From: Bacteroidota bacterium | GTDB taxonomy: Bacteria > Bacteroidota > Bacteroidia > Bacteroidales > UBA12481 | Direction: 5' to 3' | Length of the DNA stretch: 64,000 nucleotides | Assembly (NCBI GenBank): GCA_034658635.1 | Contig: JAYEFL010000186.1 | Span: 330 to 64,329 of the forward strand | Shown: one piece after another, positions 19,461 to 28,975 of the stretch | Layout of the letters: each line of letters starts with the position of its first letter | How positions within the stretch are numbered: position 1 is the first letter of the stretch | Translations under genes and position numbers: made by a program | Notes under the pieces: model-generated | Told to the model about the DNA's origin: nothing | The model's input: only the letters and a program-made list of their open reading frames with translations | Database searches by the model: none

Positions 19461-20627
19461 TCAGGGCACGGTGTCATTCCCGCGCACCTGTCCCGGTTTA
19501 TCGGCAGGCGGGAAACTCAATGGGTGCTCAATGAATTCCGCAAGTGCTGATTCAAGGTGCTTCTTTTCAGGGGTTTGAAAAGTTTTATAGCTTCGTTTCT
19601 GGTGTTCACGAAGGTGGGCTTTGCTAAAATCTTCCTGTTTTACACTCATGAAGAATCCCATTTTGTCGAGTCTTTCTGCTACATATTCCTGCTCAGTTTG
19701 CCCGGGAGTAGGAATGAGAAGTGCTGATTTTTTTAGCACAGCCAGATCAAAAACCGTTACCACTCCTGCCCTGCAAATGATTGTTTCTGTGTTTTGGATA
19801 TGCCATAGAATCTGGCCTCCTGGTAAATGGTTGACTATCCGCATCTTACCAATCTGCTCATCCCTGATATCATTTTTTGATTGTTGAGGTAAGCCTTGCA
19901 ATAGTAAAACGCTTTTTGATGTATCTCTGAACTCGGTCAGTAATTTTTCTTCAAGAATACCTCTGTGGGGTTCAGGACCGGATAACATTATCAGAATATC
20001 GTAGTGGTTTGACAGGGGATCAGGAGCAGGATTTTTTGTCTCAAGCCAGGAGAGTGGATCGATGTACCTTATTTTGTTATTATTCCATTGCATCCTTGAA
20101 AGTTTTCCTGCAACATTATCAGACCCTTCAAAATCTGCAACCCAGATGTAATCATATTTGCGCAAGATCCATAGATGAAGTTGAGCAAAGGCTGCCTGAA
20201 AGAATCTCAACTTTTCAGGAGGCATCGGACTGAGCTGATGGGTAATAAAAACTGAAGGAAGCTCAGAATGGAAAAAACCATAGCGATTATCTGAAATAAT
20301 GAAGTCAATCTGATAATCTTTTATCAGTTTATCCAAATGTTTTTTTGTTCGGTGAATTGAAAGAAAAAGTCTTGGTAGCTGGGCAAAAAACTTGAGAAAG
20401 AAACCGTTGCGGCCTTTCGAATACCGCATTTGTTTGATTGGCAAGCGTACGAGGGTAAGATCCGGGAATTGTTCAGACAGGAAATTGTAGGGGAGACCGT
20501 CTGCAGCAATAATGACTTCGAGTTTTTTTTCAAGCAGTATTTCAATCATTCTGCTCAGCCTGGTGGCGTGACCCAGACCCCATTCAAGTGGGCTTACTAA
20601 TACACGTTGTTTAGGAGATGGGCTCAT
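19461..20627 (-). CDS. Glycosyltransferase, MurG/UDP-glycosyltransferase-like (GT28 C-terminal type)
   Basis: The N-terminus VLVSPLEWGLGHATRLSRMIEIL is typical of the GT-B family with a G-x-G-H loop. The gene is 1 nt downstream of the radical-SAM-motif ORF. The family assignment is from memory. Confidence 0.6.
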   Translation of the reverse strand: MSPSPKQRVLVSPLEWGLGHATRLSRMIEILLEKKLEVIIAADGLPYNFLSEQFPDLTLVRLPIKQMRYSKGRNGFFLKFFAQLPRLFLSIHRTKKHLDKLIKDYQIDFIISDNRYGFFHSELPSVFITHQLSPMPPEKLRFFQAAFAQLHLWILRKYDYIWVADFEGSDNVAGKLSRMQWNNNKIRYIDPLSWLETKNPAPDPLSNHYDILIMLSGPEPHRGILEEKLLTEFRDTSKSVLLLQGLPQQSKNDIRDEQIGKMRIVNHLPGGQILWHIQNTETIICRAGVVTVFDLAVLKKSALLIPTPGQTEQEYVAERLDKMGFFMSVKQEDFSKAHLREHQKRSYKTFQTPEKKHLESALAEFIEHPLSFPPADKPGQVRGNDTVP

Positions 20628-20628
20628 G

Positions 20629-20958
20629 TTAGTAGGATACCGTTACGGCTATGCCCAATTTACGAACTTCTTCGGCGATATGATCCAATTTATCTGCAGA
20701 AACTTTCGACAGGGTTTCTAAAGGAGTGTCACGTGCAATAGTATAGACCATCACCAATTCTGGTTTGAGCTTTTTAACCACTGCCAACCAGGAATTTATT
20801 TCTGAATTGGTTTCATCTGTCCATCCGCACTCACAATAGATGCAGTTAAAATTGCAGATTTTTCGATTCCCCGGAAGTAAATTGATCCCAAGAGAAGCTC
20901 CGAGCCTTCTGCTTATTACCGGACCAAATACAATATCTTCGAATAAGAATGTTGCCAT
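20629..20958 (-). CDS. Radical-SAM-motif protein, abnormally short (109 aa); possible in-frame internally deleted remnant
   Basis: The CNFNCIYCECG (CxxxCxxC) motif is at residues 35-45. Almost immediately after it comes a segment (EINSWLAVVKKLKPELVMVYTIARDTPLETL...KLGIAVTVSY) that resembles the extreme C-terminus of about 230-240-aa Bacteroidota radical SAM proteins as I recall them. Confidence 0.6.
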   Translation of the reverse strand: MATFLFEDIVFGPVISRRLGASLGINLLPGNRKICNFNCIYCECGWTDETNSEINSWLAVVKKLKPELVMVYTIARDTPLETLSKVSADKLDHIAEEVRKLGIAVTVSY

Positions 20959-20983
20959 TTAATTACTTGATTTGAAGGTTTGA

Positions 20984-20991
20984 CAAAGATA
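20984..20991 (-). promoter_or_regulatory. -7 box candidate for the radical-SAM-remnant/glycosyltransferase operon
   Basis: The minus strand reads TATCTTTG, 26 nt upstream of the ATG at 20958. Confidence 0.45.
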
Positions 20992-21098
20992 AAATTTTCC
21001 CGCAAAGCCATTTCTTGCTCATTAGCAGTGGGATATGATTTTTGTCATTTGCAAGCGGATAATTCTGTTGTTACTTTATTCAAATTAAAAGGTGGTTT

Positions 21099-21524
21099 AT
21101 GAAAGGAAAGAAAGAATTCGATAAATTATCATGGACAGATGATTTTAGTTCTGGTTTGGTGTATTTAGATAATCATCGGCGGAATTTTCTGGACATTTTA
21201 AACGAATTGGTGGAGGTTGTTAATGAGGATAATTGTGAAACTATGTTGCCAATGATCTTTCATCGTCTTGCTTTTTACGCTGAAGACTACTTTACCAATA
21301 AAGAGATTGCAATGCAGGAGTGTCAGCATTTGCCTCTTCATAATTATAGGGCTGAGCATGATCGTTTTACTAAGGCAATAGGCAGGTTTCATGACGAGTT
21401 TCGTAAGGGTAGCCTGGCTGTTTGTCGCGATATGCTGGTATTCCTTTTGGATTGGTTCCAAAGTTATATTGAGACATTCGGTAACGATTCAGCTGAATAT
21501 CTACGCAAAAGAGGTTACGAATAG
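21099..21524 (+). CDS. Hemerythrin-like protein with divergent metal ligands
   Basis: 141 aa with the hemerythrin layout W-x-DDFSSG-x-x-x-LDNHRR ... YAEDYFTNKE ... YRAEHDRF ... LLDWFQSYIE. Confidence 0.6.
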   Translation: MKGKKEFDKLSWTDDFSSGLVYLDNHRRNFLDILNELVEVVNEDNCETMLPMIFHRLAFYAEDYFTNKEIAMQECQHLPLHNYRAEHDRFTKAIGRFHDEFRKGSLAVCRDMLVFLLDWFQSYIETFGNDSAEYLRKRGYE

Positions 21525-22709
21525 TCAGATAATTCTTCTTGACCGGCTTTTATTCTCAACCCGTAGTTTTTCCAGATTGATTCCTTCCAACAGTATTACT
21601 CCTGGTTTTTTACCCTGTTCAAATGAACCGATCTTTTTCTCGAGTCCTAAGGCTCTTGCTCCATTAAGAGTAGCCATTACGATAAGTTCTTCAAGAGAAA
21701 TGTCTGGAAAAAACCGTGCAAGAGTCTTGATCTCCTCCCATACCGACAGCTGGTTATTTGAAGCCATGCTATCTGTACCAATACATAAGCGTAAGCCCTT
21801 TCTGTTTTCAACAAGCTTATGTGGCAATTTATTTTCAATAAACATATTGGATACAGGACATAAACCAAAATAGATTTCTTTTTCGGGATATTGGTTGATA
21901 AGGAGTTCAATATCTTCTTTTGTGGTGAAGGTATTATGAATAAGGAGAAGCTTATTAAAATCGGGCAGAAGATTGTGATACCAGTAAGGAGAGGATTTAG
22001 CCGGGCCGGGGAAGTGTTCCGGAGCAATACCCATGTTGATGAATCTTTTTGCCAGAGCCCCGGAATGGCTTCTGATGAATTCATGTTCATCTTTGCTCTC
22101 CTGATTGTGCAAGCTAAGCGTATAGTCAGGATTTACGGCTTGTTTAGCAAACTGTTTCCATAAGGGAAGGGATACTGAATAGGGTGCGTGAGGAGTCATG
22201 CTTGCAGACAGTCCTGCTTGCTGAAATTCTTGTAATAGTTCATTGCCTTTTGTCCAGATCAGCTCAGACTTATCAGGATCCAGGCCAAATATTTCAACAA
22301 AGGTATGTACCTCAACAGGGCTTTCCAGTTTGGCTTTCAGAGAATTGTTGGTGTTGGCTATATCCCCAAGCGCCTGTGTGCCGGTTTGATGCATTTTGAA
22401 CAAGAGGTTCTGCATCAGGATGTTATCTGGGGTCTGAGTGCTTCGTTTTTCTGCTACCTGTTCAATAAACCGGCTAATTCCCGTATTTTGATTGATTTGA
22501 TTCTTCAGGTGGCTAAGTTCAAGGTGACAGTGTACATTAACCAATCCCGGAATAATTACTCCACTGTAAAACTCAAGATTATCTTCTTCATGAATCCGGT
22601 TCCCAGATCTGAGATTCAGAATTGTTCCATCATCAGCAATCTCAAGAACACCATTTCGGATCGGTCTTTTGCCGGGATTGATGATATAGTGGGCAGAGAT
22701 TTTGCGCAT
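21525..22709 (-). CDS. Amidohydrolase-superfamily metal-dependent hydrolase (nucleoside/aminofutalosine-deaminase-like)
   Basis: HxH motif (LVNVHCHLELSH), a downstream His (MTPHAPYS, LSLHNQES) and a C-terminal Asp (CIGTDS). Confidence 0.7.
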   Translation of the reverse strand: MRKISAHYIINPGKRPIRNGVLEIADDGTILNLRSGNRIHEEDNLEFYSGVIIPGLVNVHCHLELSHLKNQINQNTGISRFIEQVAEKRSTQTPDNILMQNLLFKMHQTGTQALGDIANTNNSLKAKLESPVEVHTFVEIFGLDPDKSELIWTKGNELLQEFQQAGLSASMTPHAPYSVSLPLWKQFAKQAVNPDYTLSLHNQESKDEHEFIRSHSGALAKRFINMGIAPEHFPGPAKSSPYWYHNLLPDFNKLLLIHNTFTTKEDIELLINQYPEKEIYFGLCPVSNMFIENKLPHKLVENRKGLRLCIGTDSMASNNQLSVWEEIKTLARFFPDISLEELIVMATLNGARALGLEKKIGSFEQGKKPGVILLEGINLEKLRVENKSRSRRII

Positions 22710-22711
22710 AC

Positions 22712-23098
22712 TTACTCCAGGCTGTCAGATTTTGCATCAATAAGCTCACGGCGGTCTCCCTCCATTTTACTGAGATCTTCAAGAACCTCATCATATATTT
22801 TGGTAAATTCTTCAGGATACTGGGTGTAAAACAAAATGGTACTGTCAAACATTTCACGACTAGTACCATGCTTTTTAAGTATGGCAGGATAGTAGTTAAA
22901 GGCACTGTCTTCTTTCTCCTTACGAACTGTTTTTTTTAAATGCAGCATGCCGTCAATAAGGTGAATATCGACTAACAATGGTTTTAATTCATTAGGGTTT
23001 AATATTCCTTCCGGAACCTTCATTTTGCTATTATTGCAAGAACTTATCAGTACAAGGGATAGCAAAGTTCCAAAGAGAAACTGAATAATTTTCCTCAT
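22712..23098 (-). CDS. Small lipoprotein, DUF4296-like
   Basis: 128 aa with a lipobox (LVLISSCNN). It overlaps the upstream ABC ATPase gene by 4 nt. The DUF assignment is from memory. Confidence 0.5.
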   Translation of the reverse strand: MRKIIQFLFGTLLSLVLISSCNNSKMKVPEGILNPNELKPLLVDIHLIDGMLHLKKTVRKEKEDSAFNYYPAILKKHGTSREMFDSTILFYTQYPEEFTKIYDEVLEDLSKMEGDRRELIDAKSDSLE

Positions 23099-23844
23099 CT
23101 GAGATTCATGTTTTTCATGAGTTCAGAAGCAAAAACGAAATCATGCAGTGCTTTGTTGTTTGCACGAAGTACATCTTCTTTGCTGCCACGCCAACTTAGC
23201 TTTCCATCGGCAATAAAAATTACATTATCACCAATTTCCATAACTGAATTCATATCGTGAGTGTTAATTATAGTTGTGATGTTAAACTCTCTGGTAATCT
23301 CACGAATCAGCTTATCAATAACAATAGCAGTTTGCGGGTCAAGACCGGAGTTAGGCTCATCGCAGAAGAGGTATTTTGTATTAAGGGCGATGGCTCTGGC
23401 TATAGCTACTCTTTTTCGCATTCCTCCACTGATTTCAGCCGGAAAAAGTGTATTTGCTTTTTCAAGGTTAACTCTGTCAAGGCAAAAGTCCACCCTTTTT
23501 TGTTTTTCGTCACGGCTTTGTTTTGTAAACATGTTGAGAGGAAAAAGAACATTTTGCTCTACCGTCATTGAGTCGAAAAGAGCTCCACCCTGGAAAACCA
23601 TTCCTATTTCATGCCATAGAGCCTTCCTTTCCGGAGGCTTCATATCAATAACATTGCGTTCGCCGTAAAAGATACTTCCTGAGCTGATGTCAAACAGGCC
23701 CACTATACATTTCAGGAGTACGGTTTTTCCTGACCCGCTCTGTCCTATAATCAGATTGGTTTGGCCTTCTTCAAAGCTGGCATTGATATCGGTAAGAACC
23801 CGAGTATCTCCAAATAATTTATATACGGATTCAAGTCGGATCAT
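23095..23844 (-). CDS. mlaF: ABC transporter ATP-binding protein, MlaF-like
   Basis: Walker A (GQSGSGKT), ABC signature (ISGGMRKR) and Walker B (LFCDEP). Confidence 0.9.
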   Translation of the reverse strand: MIRLESVYKLFGDTRVLTDINASFEEGQTNLIIGQSGSGKTVLLKCIVGLFDISSGSIFYGERNVIDMKPPERKALWHEIGMVFQGGALFDSMTVEQNVLFPLNMFTKQSRDEKQKRVDFCLDRVNLEKANTLFPAEISGGMRKRVAIARAIALNTKYLFCDEPNSGLDPQTAIVIDKLIREITREFNITTIINTHDMNSVMEIGDNVIFIADGKLSWRGSKEDVLRANNKALHDFVFASELMKNMNLR

Positions 23845-24581
23845 GTGAGCATTATTTCAGTAATGGCATAATTTGCAGCCAGGATGAACACCATGCTGTA
23901 TACCACAGCCTGGGTACTGGATTTTCCTACTTCCAGAGCACCTCCTTTGGTATAATAGCCGAAATATCCGGAAACGGATGCGATAATAAAAGCAAATACC
24001 ACAGATTTTATCAGTGTATAAACCACTTTATAGGTGTCAAATTGGAAACGTATTCCATAGAAGAAATCGTTTGTTGTGAGTAAGCCTCCCATTTCTGCCA
24101 CAACCCAGCCTCCCACCAAGCCTATGAATATTGACAATATTACCAATAATGGAAAAACCAGCATTGCGGCAATAATTTTGGGTTGAATCAGATATGATGC
24201 TGAATTAATTCCCATTGCGTCTAGGGCATCTATTTGTTCAGTTACCCTCATTGTTCCTATTTCAGAAGCGATTTGTGAACCAACCTTTCCGGCCAGAATC
24301 AGACTCAGGACGGTGGAAGAAAACTCTAAGACCAAAACATCGCGTGTAGTGAAAGAAACATAATAAGCTGGTATCAGGGGGTTTCCCATGTTTATGGTCA
24401 TGTGAATAATGACCACCATTCCGATGAAAAATGAGATGATAAAAGTAATACCGAGTGATTTGATTCCCAGGTCATCAATTTCCCGAAGGGTTTGTCTAAG
24501 ATACAGACTAAACTTTTCAGGCTTTCCAAATACTCTTTGTAAGAGCAGGAAATAGCGTCCCAGGTGAGAAAAGAATTTCAT
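23841..24581 (-). CDS. mlaE: ABC transporter permease, MlaE family
   Basis: A multi-TM protein. The ATG at 24581 gives MKFFSHLGRYFLLLQRVF, which is an MlaE-type N-terminus. The longer track ORF (start 24728) would overlap the divergent SprT-like gene. Confidence 0.85.
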   Translation of the reverse strand: MKFFSHLGRYFLLLQRVFGKPEKFSLYLRQTLREIDDLGIKSLGITFIISFFIGMVVIIHMTINMGNPLIPAYYVSFTTRDVLVLEFSSTVLSLILAGKVGSQIASEIGTMRVTEQIDALDAMGINSASYLIQPKIIAAMLVFPLLVILSIFIGLVGGWVVAEMGGLLTTNDFFYGIRFQFDTYKVVYTLIKSVVFAFIIASVSGYFGYYTKGGALEVGKSSTQAVVYSMVFILAANYAITEIMLT

Positions 24582-24658
24582 CGGCTGTAAATTTGAATCT
24601 AAATTATAAATATTTTGCGTAATATTGCCGCGAAACCACAGAGATAAGATTTCGTAAA

Positions 24659-25321
24659 GTGTTGAAAAACAATCAGAAAAATACAACACAGCCTGATCTG
24701 GTGCAAGTTCTGCAAAATCATTGTCCATTCGGAAGCGAAGCTTTATTACAATCCTGGCTGCATAATCGTCAGGTGATCATTAGGGTTAGCCCTGATCGCA
24801 TCTCAAAGTTAGGTGATTTTCGTTCTCCTCAAAATGGCTATCCATCCAGAATTAGTATTAACAGGGGTCTTAGCCCGATAGAATTTTTGGTTACACTGGC
24901 GCATGAGTTGGCGCATTTCGATACTTATATGGCAAAAGGCAAAAGGCAAAGGTGGGGGAGGAATAGGATTTTGCCTCATGGGGTGGAGTGGAAGGAGGCA
25001 TTTCGGCAGTATATTGTTGACATTATTGAGTCTGGTATTGTTGAGGTGGAGGTTAATGAGGCATTGAGGAAATGTTATTTAGAGCGCGAGCGGATTGCTA
25101 CCTCTCCTTGTATGGAATTAAAGAAACACCTTGAAGGTGATTTAGAAGATCAAGTTTTGCGAGTGCATGATTTGGGGGAGGGTGAGGAATTTGTTCTGAG
25201 GAATGGCCGGGTGTTTATCAGGGGCTCAAAGCTCAGAACGCGATATCGGTGCCAGGAGTTAGGCACAGGAAAAATTTATACTGTACATGGTTTGGCTGCA
25301 GTTGTCAAAAAGCTTGATTGA
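24659..25321 (+). CDS. SprT-like zinc metallopeptidase-motif protein
   Basis: HExxH motif (LAHELAHFDTY). It has a GTG start and no in-frame ATG before the motif. Confidence 0.6.
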   Translation: MLKNNQKNTTQPDLVQVLQNHCPFGSEALLQSWLHNRQVIIRVSPDRISKLGDFRSPQNGYPSRISINRGLSPIEFLVTLAHELAHFDTYMAKGKRQRWGRNRILPHGVEWKEAFRQYIVDIIESGIVEVEVNEALRKCYLERERIATSPCMELKKHLEGDLEDQVLRVHDLGEGEEFVLRNGRVFIRGSKLRTRYRCQELGTGKIYTVHGLAAVVKKLD

Positions 25322-25371
25322 AAATTGTACATAAAAACAGGAATACTTAACTTACACGAAATACCTGAGAA

Positions 25372-26463
25372 ATGGACCAAAATACATATTGCATCATAAT
25401 GGCAGGAGGAGTCGGAAGTCGCTTCTGGCCCATGAGTCGAACTAACATGCCAAAGCAGTTTATTGATATTCTTGGAACCGGAAAGACTTTAATACAACAA
25501 ACTGTTGATCGCTTTAAAGATATTTGTCCGGTTGAGAATATTTTTGTGGTATCGAATAAAGAATACAGGGAGATTATTCTTGAGCAAGTTCCGGCACTGA
25601 AAGAGGAGCAAGTTCTGCTTGAACCTTTGAGAAAGAACACTGCTCCTTGTCTGGCTTACGCCAATCATGTGATTATGAAGAGGAATCCTGATGCCAATAT
25701 TGTGGTTGCTCCTTCTGATCACCTGATTATGGACGATCAGGAATTTACCAGGGTGATTGAAACTGCTATCGGCTTTGTGGCAGATAAAAATGCTTTATTG
25801 ACCCTTGGGATTCAGCCAAGTCGCCCGGAAACGGGATATGGCTATATTCAGGTTAATGGGTCGAAAGATATTGATGGAATTCAGTGTCTGCGACAGGTGA
25901 AAACATTTACTGAGAAGCCTGATCTTGAATTGGCGAAAATTTTCATGGAGAGTGGTGATTTCTTCTGGAATTCAGGGATGTTCATATGGTCTTTGAAGTC
26001 GATTGACAGTGCCTTCAGCAAGCATCTTCCGGTTATTCAGGCCTTATTTGATGATGGGATGTCTGTATATGGAACTCCGGAGGAGGCAGGTTATATTGAG
26101 CAGGTTTATGGAGCATGTGATAAGATCTCCATTGATTATGGAATAATGGAAAAGGCTGAAAACGTATATGTTATGTGTGCCAATTTTGGCTGGTCAGATC
26201 TGGGAACCTGGGGTAGTTTGTATGAGCAGATTGATCGGGATAAACAAGGCAACGCTGTAAACAGTCCACAATTTCTGCCATTCGACACCAAAAATTGCAT
26301 GATCCAGATTCCAGACGGCAAACTTGCTGTTATTCAGGGTCTTGATGGTTATGTTGTTGTAGATACCAATGATGTTCTACTAATCTGCCGTAAGGAGGAC
26401 GAGCAGAATATCCGTCAGATGGTTGATGAGGTGAAAGCACAAGGCGGAGGAAGGTATATCTAG
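25372..26463 (+). CDS. Mannose-1-phosphate guanylyltransferase (nucleotidyltransferase only, no isomerase domain)
   Basis: N-terminal IMAGGVGSRFWPMSR motif, and a length and C-terminus typical of ManC-type enzymes. Confidence 0.85.
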   Translation: MDQNTYCIIMAGGVGSRFWPMSRTNMPKQFIDILGTGKTLIQQTVDRFKDICPVENIFVVSNKEYREIILEQVPALKEEQVLLEPLRKNTAPCLAYANHVIMKRNPDANIVVAPSDHLIMDDQEFTRVIETAIGFVADKNALLTLGIQPSRPETGYGYIQVNGSKDIDGIQCLRQVKTFTEKPDLELAKIFMESGDFFWNSGMFIWSLKSIDSAFSKHLPVIQALFDDGMSVYGTPEEAGYIEQVYGACDKISIDYGIMEKAENVYVMCANFGWSDLGTWGSLYEQIDRDKQGNAVNSPQFLPFDTKNCMIQIPDGKLAVIQGLDGYVVVDTNDVLLICRKEDEQNIRQMVDEVKAQGGGRYI

Positions 26464-26483
26464 GAAATAGGAAGTACTTTCCT

Positions 26484-27374
26484 CTAAAACTCCCAAAGAT
26501 CATGTTCGAACTGGAAGATGAATTCTTCAACGCGTTCAGATTCCTGCAGGGTTTCAACTCCCAGGGTGTATTCCTGGATCATACGATTGTTGTATACGTT
26601 AGATTCCTGAACGATATAACCATCAAAGAAGCGCTTATAGAATATTTCATCGAATGAACGTCTTTCAGCATCATTAGAGGCATTAAACACCTCATGACGA
26701 GCCATTGCATCTCGTGCTTCGGGGAATTTCACCCAGAACAGCTTCTTTTTTAAGAGGTTTTCTTTATCAAGGTCTTCAAAATCGTAGTACACACGTATAG
26801 GGCAGAGACCGATGATGCGAACTTCCATTACTGAGCGCTTCTTATCAAAGAACCACATTTCTTTTACCAGCAATTGCAGAACCTCATCAGTTCGTACTTC
26901 GCCGGCAACAAGCGTGTCAATCATTTGTCCGGTTGCCAGATCTTCATATTGTTGAACCCGGTCTTGTGCATCAAATTCTTCTATCACCTGCTCATAACTG
27001 ATAGGCTCCTTGAATTCATTTATATTATCGAAGTCTGTTCTGTAGGCTGTAAGTTCGCCACTTTCAATTGCTTCCAGCAAGACAGAAATCAGGCTCATGC
27101 GGTTTCCAATGGGTACTGTAGGAAAATATAAAGGCTGATTCATTTTTTCTCTGTAATCAATCATTCTCCATGCTACCTTAGACCACATAATATCTGCTTC
27201 CCTGATATTCTCGTAGGGTACAGGTTTCTTGTCAACTATGTGTTGTTTTTTATATACCAGATCTAAACCCGACCATGTAGCCGGATCAGTGGTATTATCA
27301 CCTGTGGTTTGTGCCAGAAGCTGGGTTCCTGACAAAAAAATGATTCCGATTAGTACTAATGCAACTTTTCTCAT
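26484..27374 (-). CDS. gldN: Gliding motility / T9SS protein GldN (PorN)
   Basis: Signal peptide. It is the last gene of the gldK-L-M-N order, with GldN-like sequence (WSKVAWRMIDYREKMNQPLYFP). Confidence 0.85.
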   Translation of the reverse strand: MRKVALVLIGIIFLSGTQLLAQTTGDNTTDPATWSGLDLVYKKQHIVDKKPVPYENIREADIMWSKVAWRMIDYREKMNQPLYFPTVPIGNRMSLISVLLEAIESGELTAYRTDFDNINEFKEPISYEQVIEEFDAQDRVQQYEDLATGQMIDTLVAGEVRTDEVLQLLVKEMWFFDKKRSVMEVRIIGLCPIRVYYDFEDLDKENLLKKKLFWVKFPEARDAMARHEVFNASNDAERRSFDEIFYKRFFDGYIVQESNVYNNRMIQEYTLGVETLQESERVEEFIFQFEHDLWEF

Positions 27375-27383
27375 ATTCAGATC

Positions 27384-28952
27384 CTATTGGATTTTAAAAA
27401 TAATTGATGATAAAGAAATTTCTTTACCATTTGGTCCTGTGGCATAAATGTCTTCAATATTGAAGCGGTCGCCTCTTTTCAGTCCGGATAATAAGCGTTT
27501 TTGCTCTTCTGTAAAATATTGGGTTGTTGAAATGTCATCAGCAGTGAAACCTTTTTGAGTTACTACTACAGTAAATCTGGTAATGGTATATTTCATGTCG
27601 AACAGGAAATCATCCTGAACGGCGGTAACACCTTGGTTTGTAAGTAAAATATTCTTTTCAATTGATCCTCCGTTTTTTCCACCTACCTTAGCGATTGGAG
27701 GAGGCACACGCTTCAGTCTGAATCGTTTATCAGGCATCTGACGTCTTACACCATTGAATTCTGCAGATACTTTGACGATGGATTCACCATAATTTTGGGT
27801 AGGCATAACTTCGTACTCGTAGCCTTCCCCTTTTTGGAGAGTGGCATTGCTTACTTCTACCTGGATGGAACCCGGAGTAGAACCTGGAACATTCACCTCA
27901 ATGGGGTTTGCCAAACCTTCATAGAATACGTTCATTTTTGTAGGTGATACGATAAGAACAGGAGGAATCACATCATATTCATTTTCAAATTCGTAGCTGA
28001 GTGTTCTTCCGTCAGGGGCTTTGTATTTTATTATTCCGCCCCATTTGAAGTGACCTGCCTTATTGGGAACCGTTCTGAAAATCCCAACACCATCATTAAC
28101 CTCAATTGGTCGGTTATTAATAAGAATTTCAGGATCCTGGGTGCTATCTACAGCTGCCAAAAAGATATCAGCTTCGTATGGGTTCCCCACAACTACCATT
28201 GTTGAAGTTCTGGGTATAACAGCCGGCATCAGTAAGTTGAATTTGAAGGATTCTTCGTCAATTCCTGAGAATAGATAATTCAATATATCTGATTCAGCAT
28301 TTCTAACATCGGATTGCATTTTCGACATTAGTGTAACTACTCCGATCAGGGGAAGGTATTCAAAATTATCCTGCTCCCAGGTTCTGCTGTCATCTCCTTT
28401 AAGACCTTTGATATCCTTTATTTCCAAAGCTGTTTCAAGAGAGTGAATTAAAACGCTGTCGTTGTCATCTATCTTATCCATTAGAAACTCTTTATAGCTA
28501 GTTATAGAGTTCCTTAAATCTGTTGCTCTGGAGATTTTCTTGCCCTCCCAATCAACAGGCTTTTGGGTTAGCATGATCAGGGCAGGATTATTGAGATCCT
28601 CAGGTGATCTGATGCTGTCTTTAGTTGCCTTTTTTCCATCAGCTTCTTTAACAATGAGCCATTTATACTCATTAATCTTGTCAACTAAATTTTGAGCCTC
28701 AATTTTTACCAGATCTGCCTTTTCTTTGAATGGTCCGACTTTAGACGGATTAATTGCATTGGCCTGATAAAAATCAGCGTATGTCACATTATTCTGTGAA
28801 ACAAAGTTTTCGATGGTCTGATTCAGACTTTTATCAACTTTTGCAATTACATCCAGGGTTTCTTTAGATACATTTAGTGCGAGCAATGCCGTCAACACTA
28901 AATACATCATGTTGATCATTTTCTGCCTGGGTGTTAGCCTGGGTTGTGCCAT
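27384..28952 (-). CDS. gldM: Gliding motility / T9SS protein GldM (PorM)
   Basis: The N-terminus MAQPRLTPRQKMINMMYLVLTALLALNVSKE is the conserved GldM start with a single TM. Confidence 0.9.
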   Translation of the reverse strand: MAQPRLTPRQKMINMMYLVLTALLALNVSKETLDVIAKVDKSLNQTIENFVSQNNVTYADFYQANAINPSKVGPFKEKADLVKIEAQNLVDKINEYKWLIVKEADGKKATKDSIRSPEDLNNPALIMLTQKPVDWEGKKISRATDLRNSITSYKEFLMDKIDDNDSVLIHSLETALEIKDIKGLKGDDSRTWEQDNFEYLPLIGVVTLMSKMQSDVRNAESDILNYLFSGIDEESFKFNLLMPAVIPRTSTMVVVGNPYEADIFLAAVDSTQDPEILINNRPIEVNDGVGIFRTVPNKAGHFKWGGIIKYKAPDGRTLSYEFENEYDVIPPVLIVSPTKMNVFYEGLANPIEVNVPGSTPGSIQVEVSNATLQKGEGYEYEVMPTQNYGESIVKVSAEFNGVRRQMPDKRFRLKRVPPPIAKVGGKNGGSIEKNILLTNQGVTAVQDDFLFDMKYTITRFTVVVTQKGFTADDISTTQYFTEEQKRLLSGLKRGDRFNIEDIYATGPNGKEISLSSIIFKIQ

Positions 28953-28975
28953 AATTCTAATTCCCGTTCAAAAGT

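Noticed and set aside
24931-24952. A GGCAAAA short tandem repeat (about 3 units) in the SprT-like gene.
   Set aside because: Only about 2.7 imperfect copies encode MAKGKRQRWG. That is too short to argue for slipped-strand phase variation.
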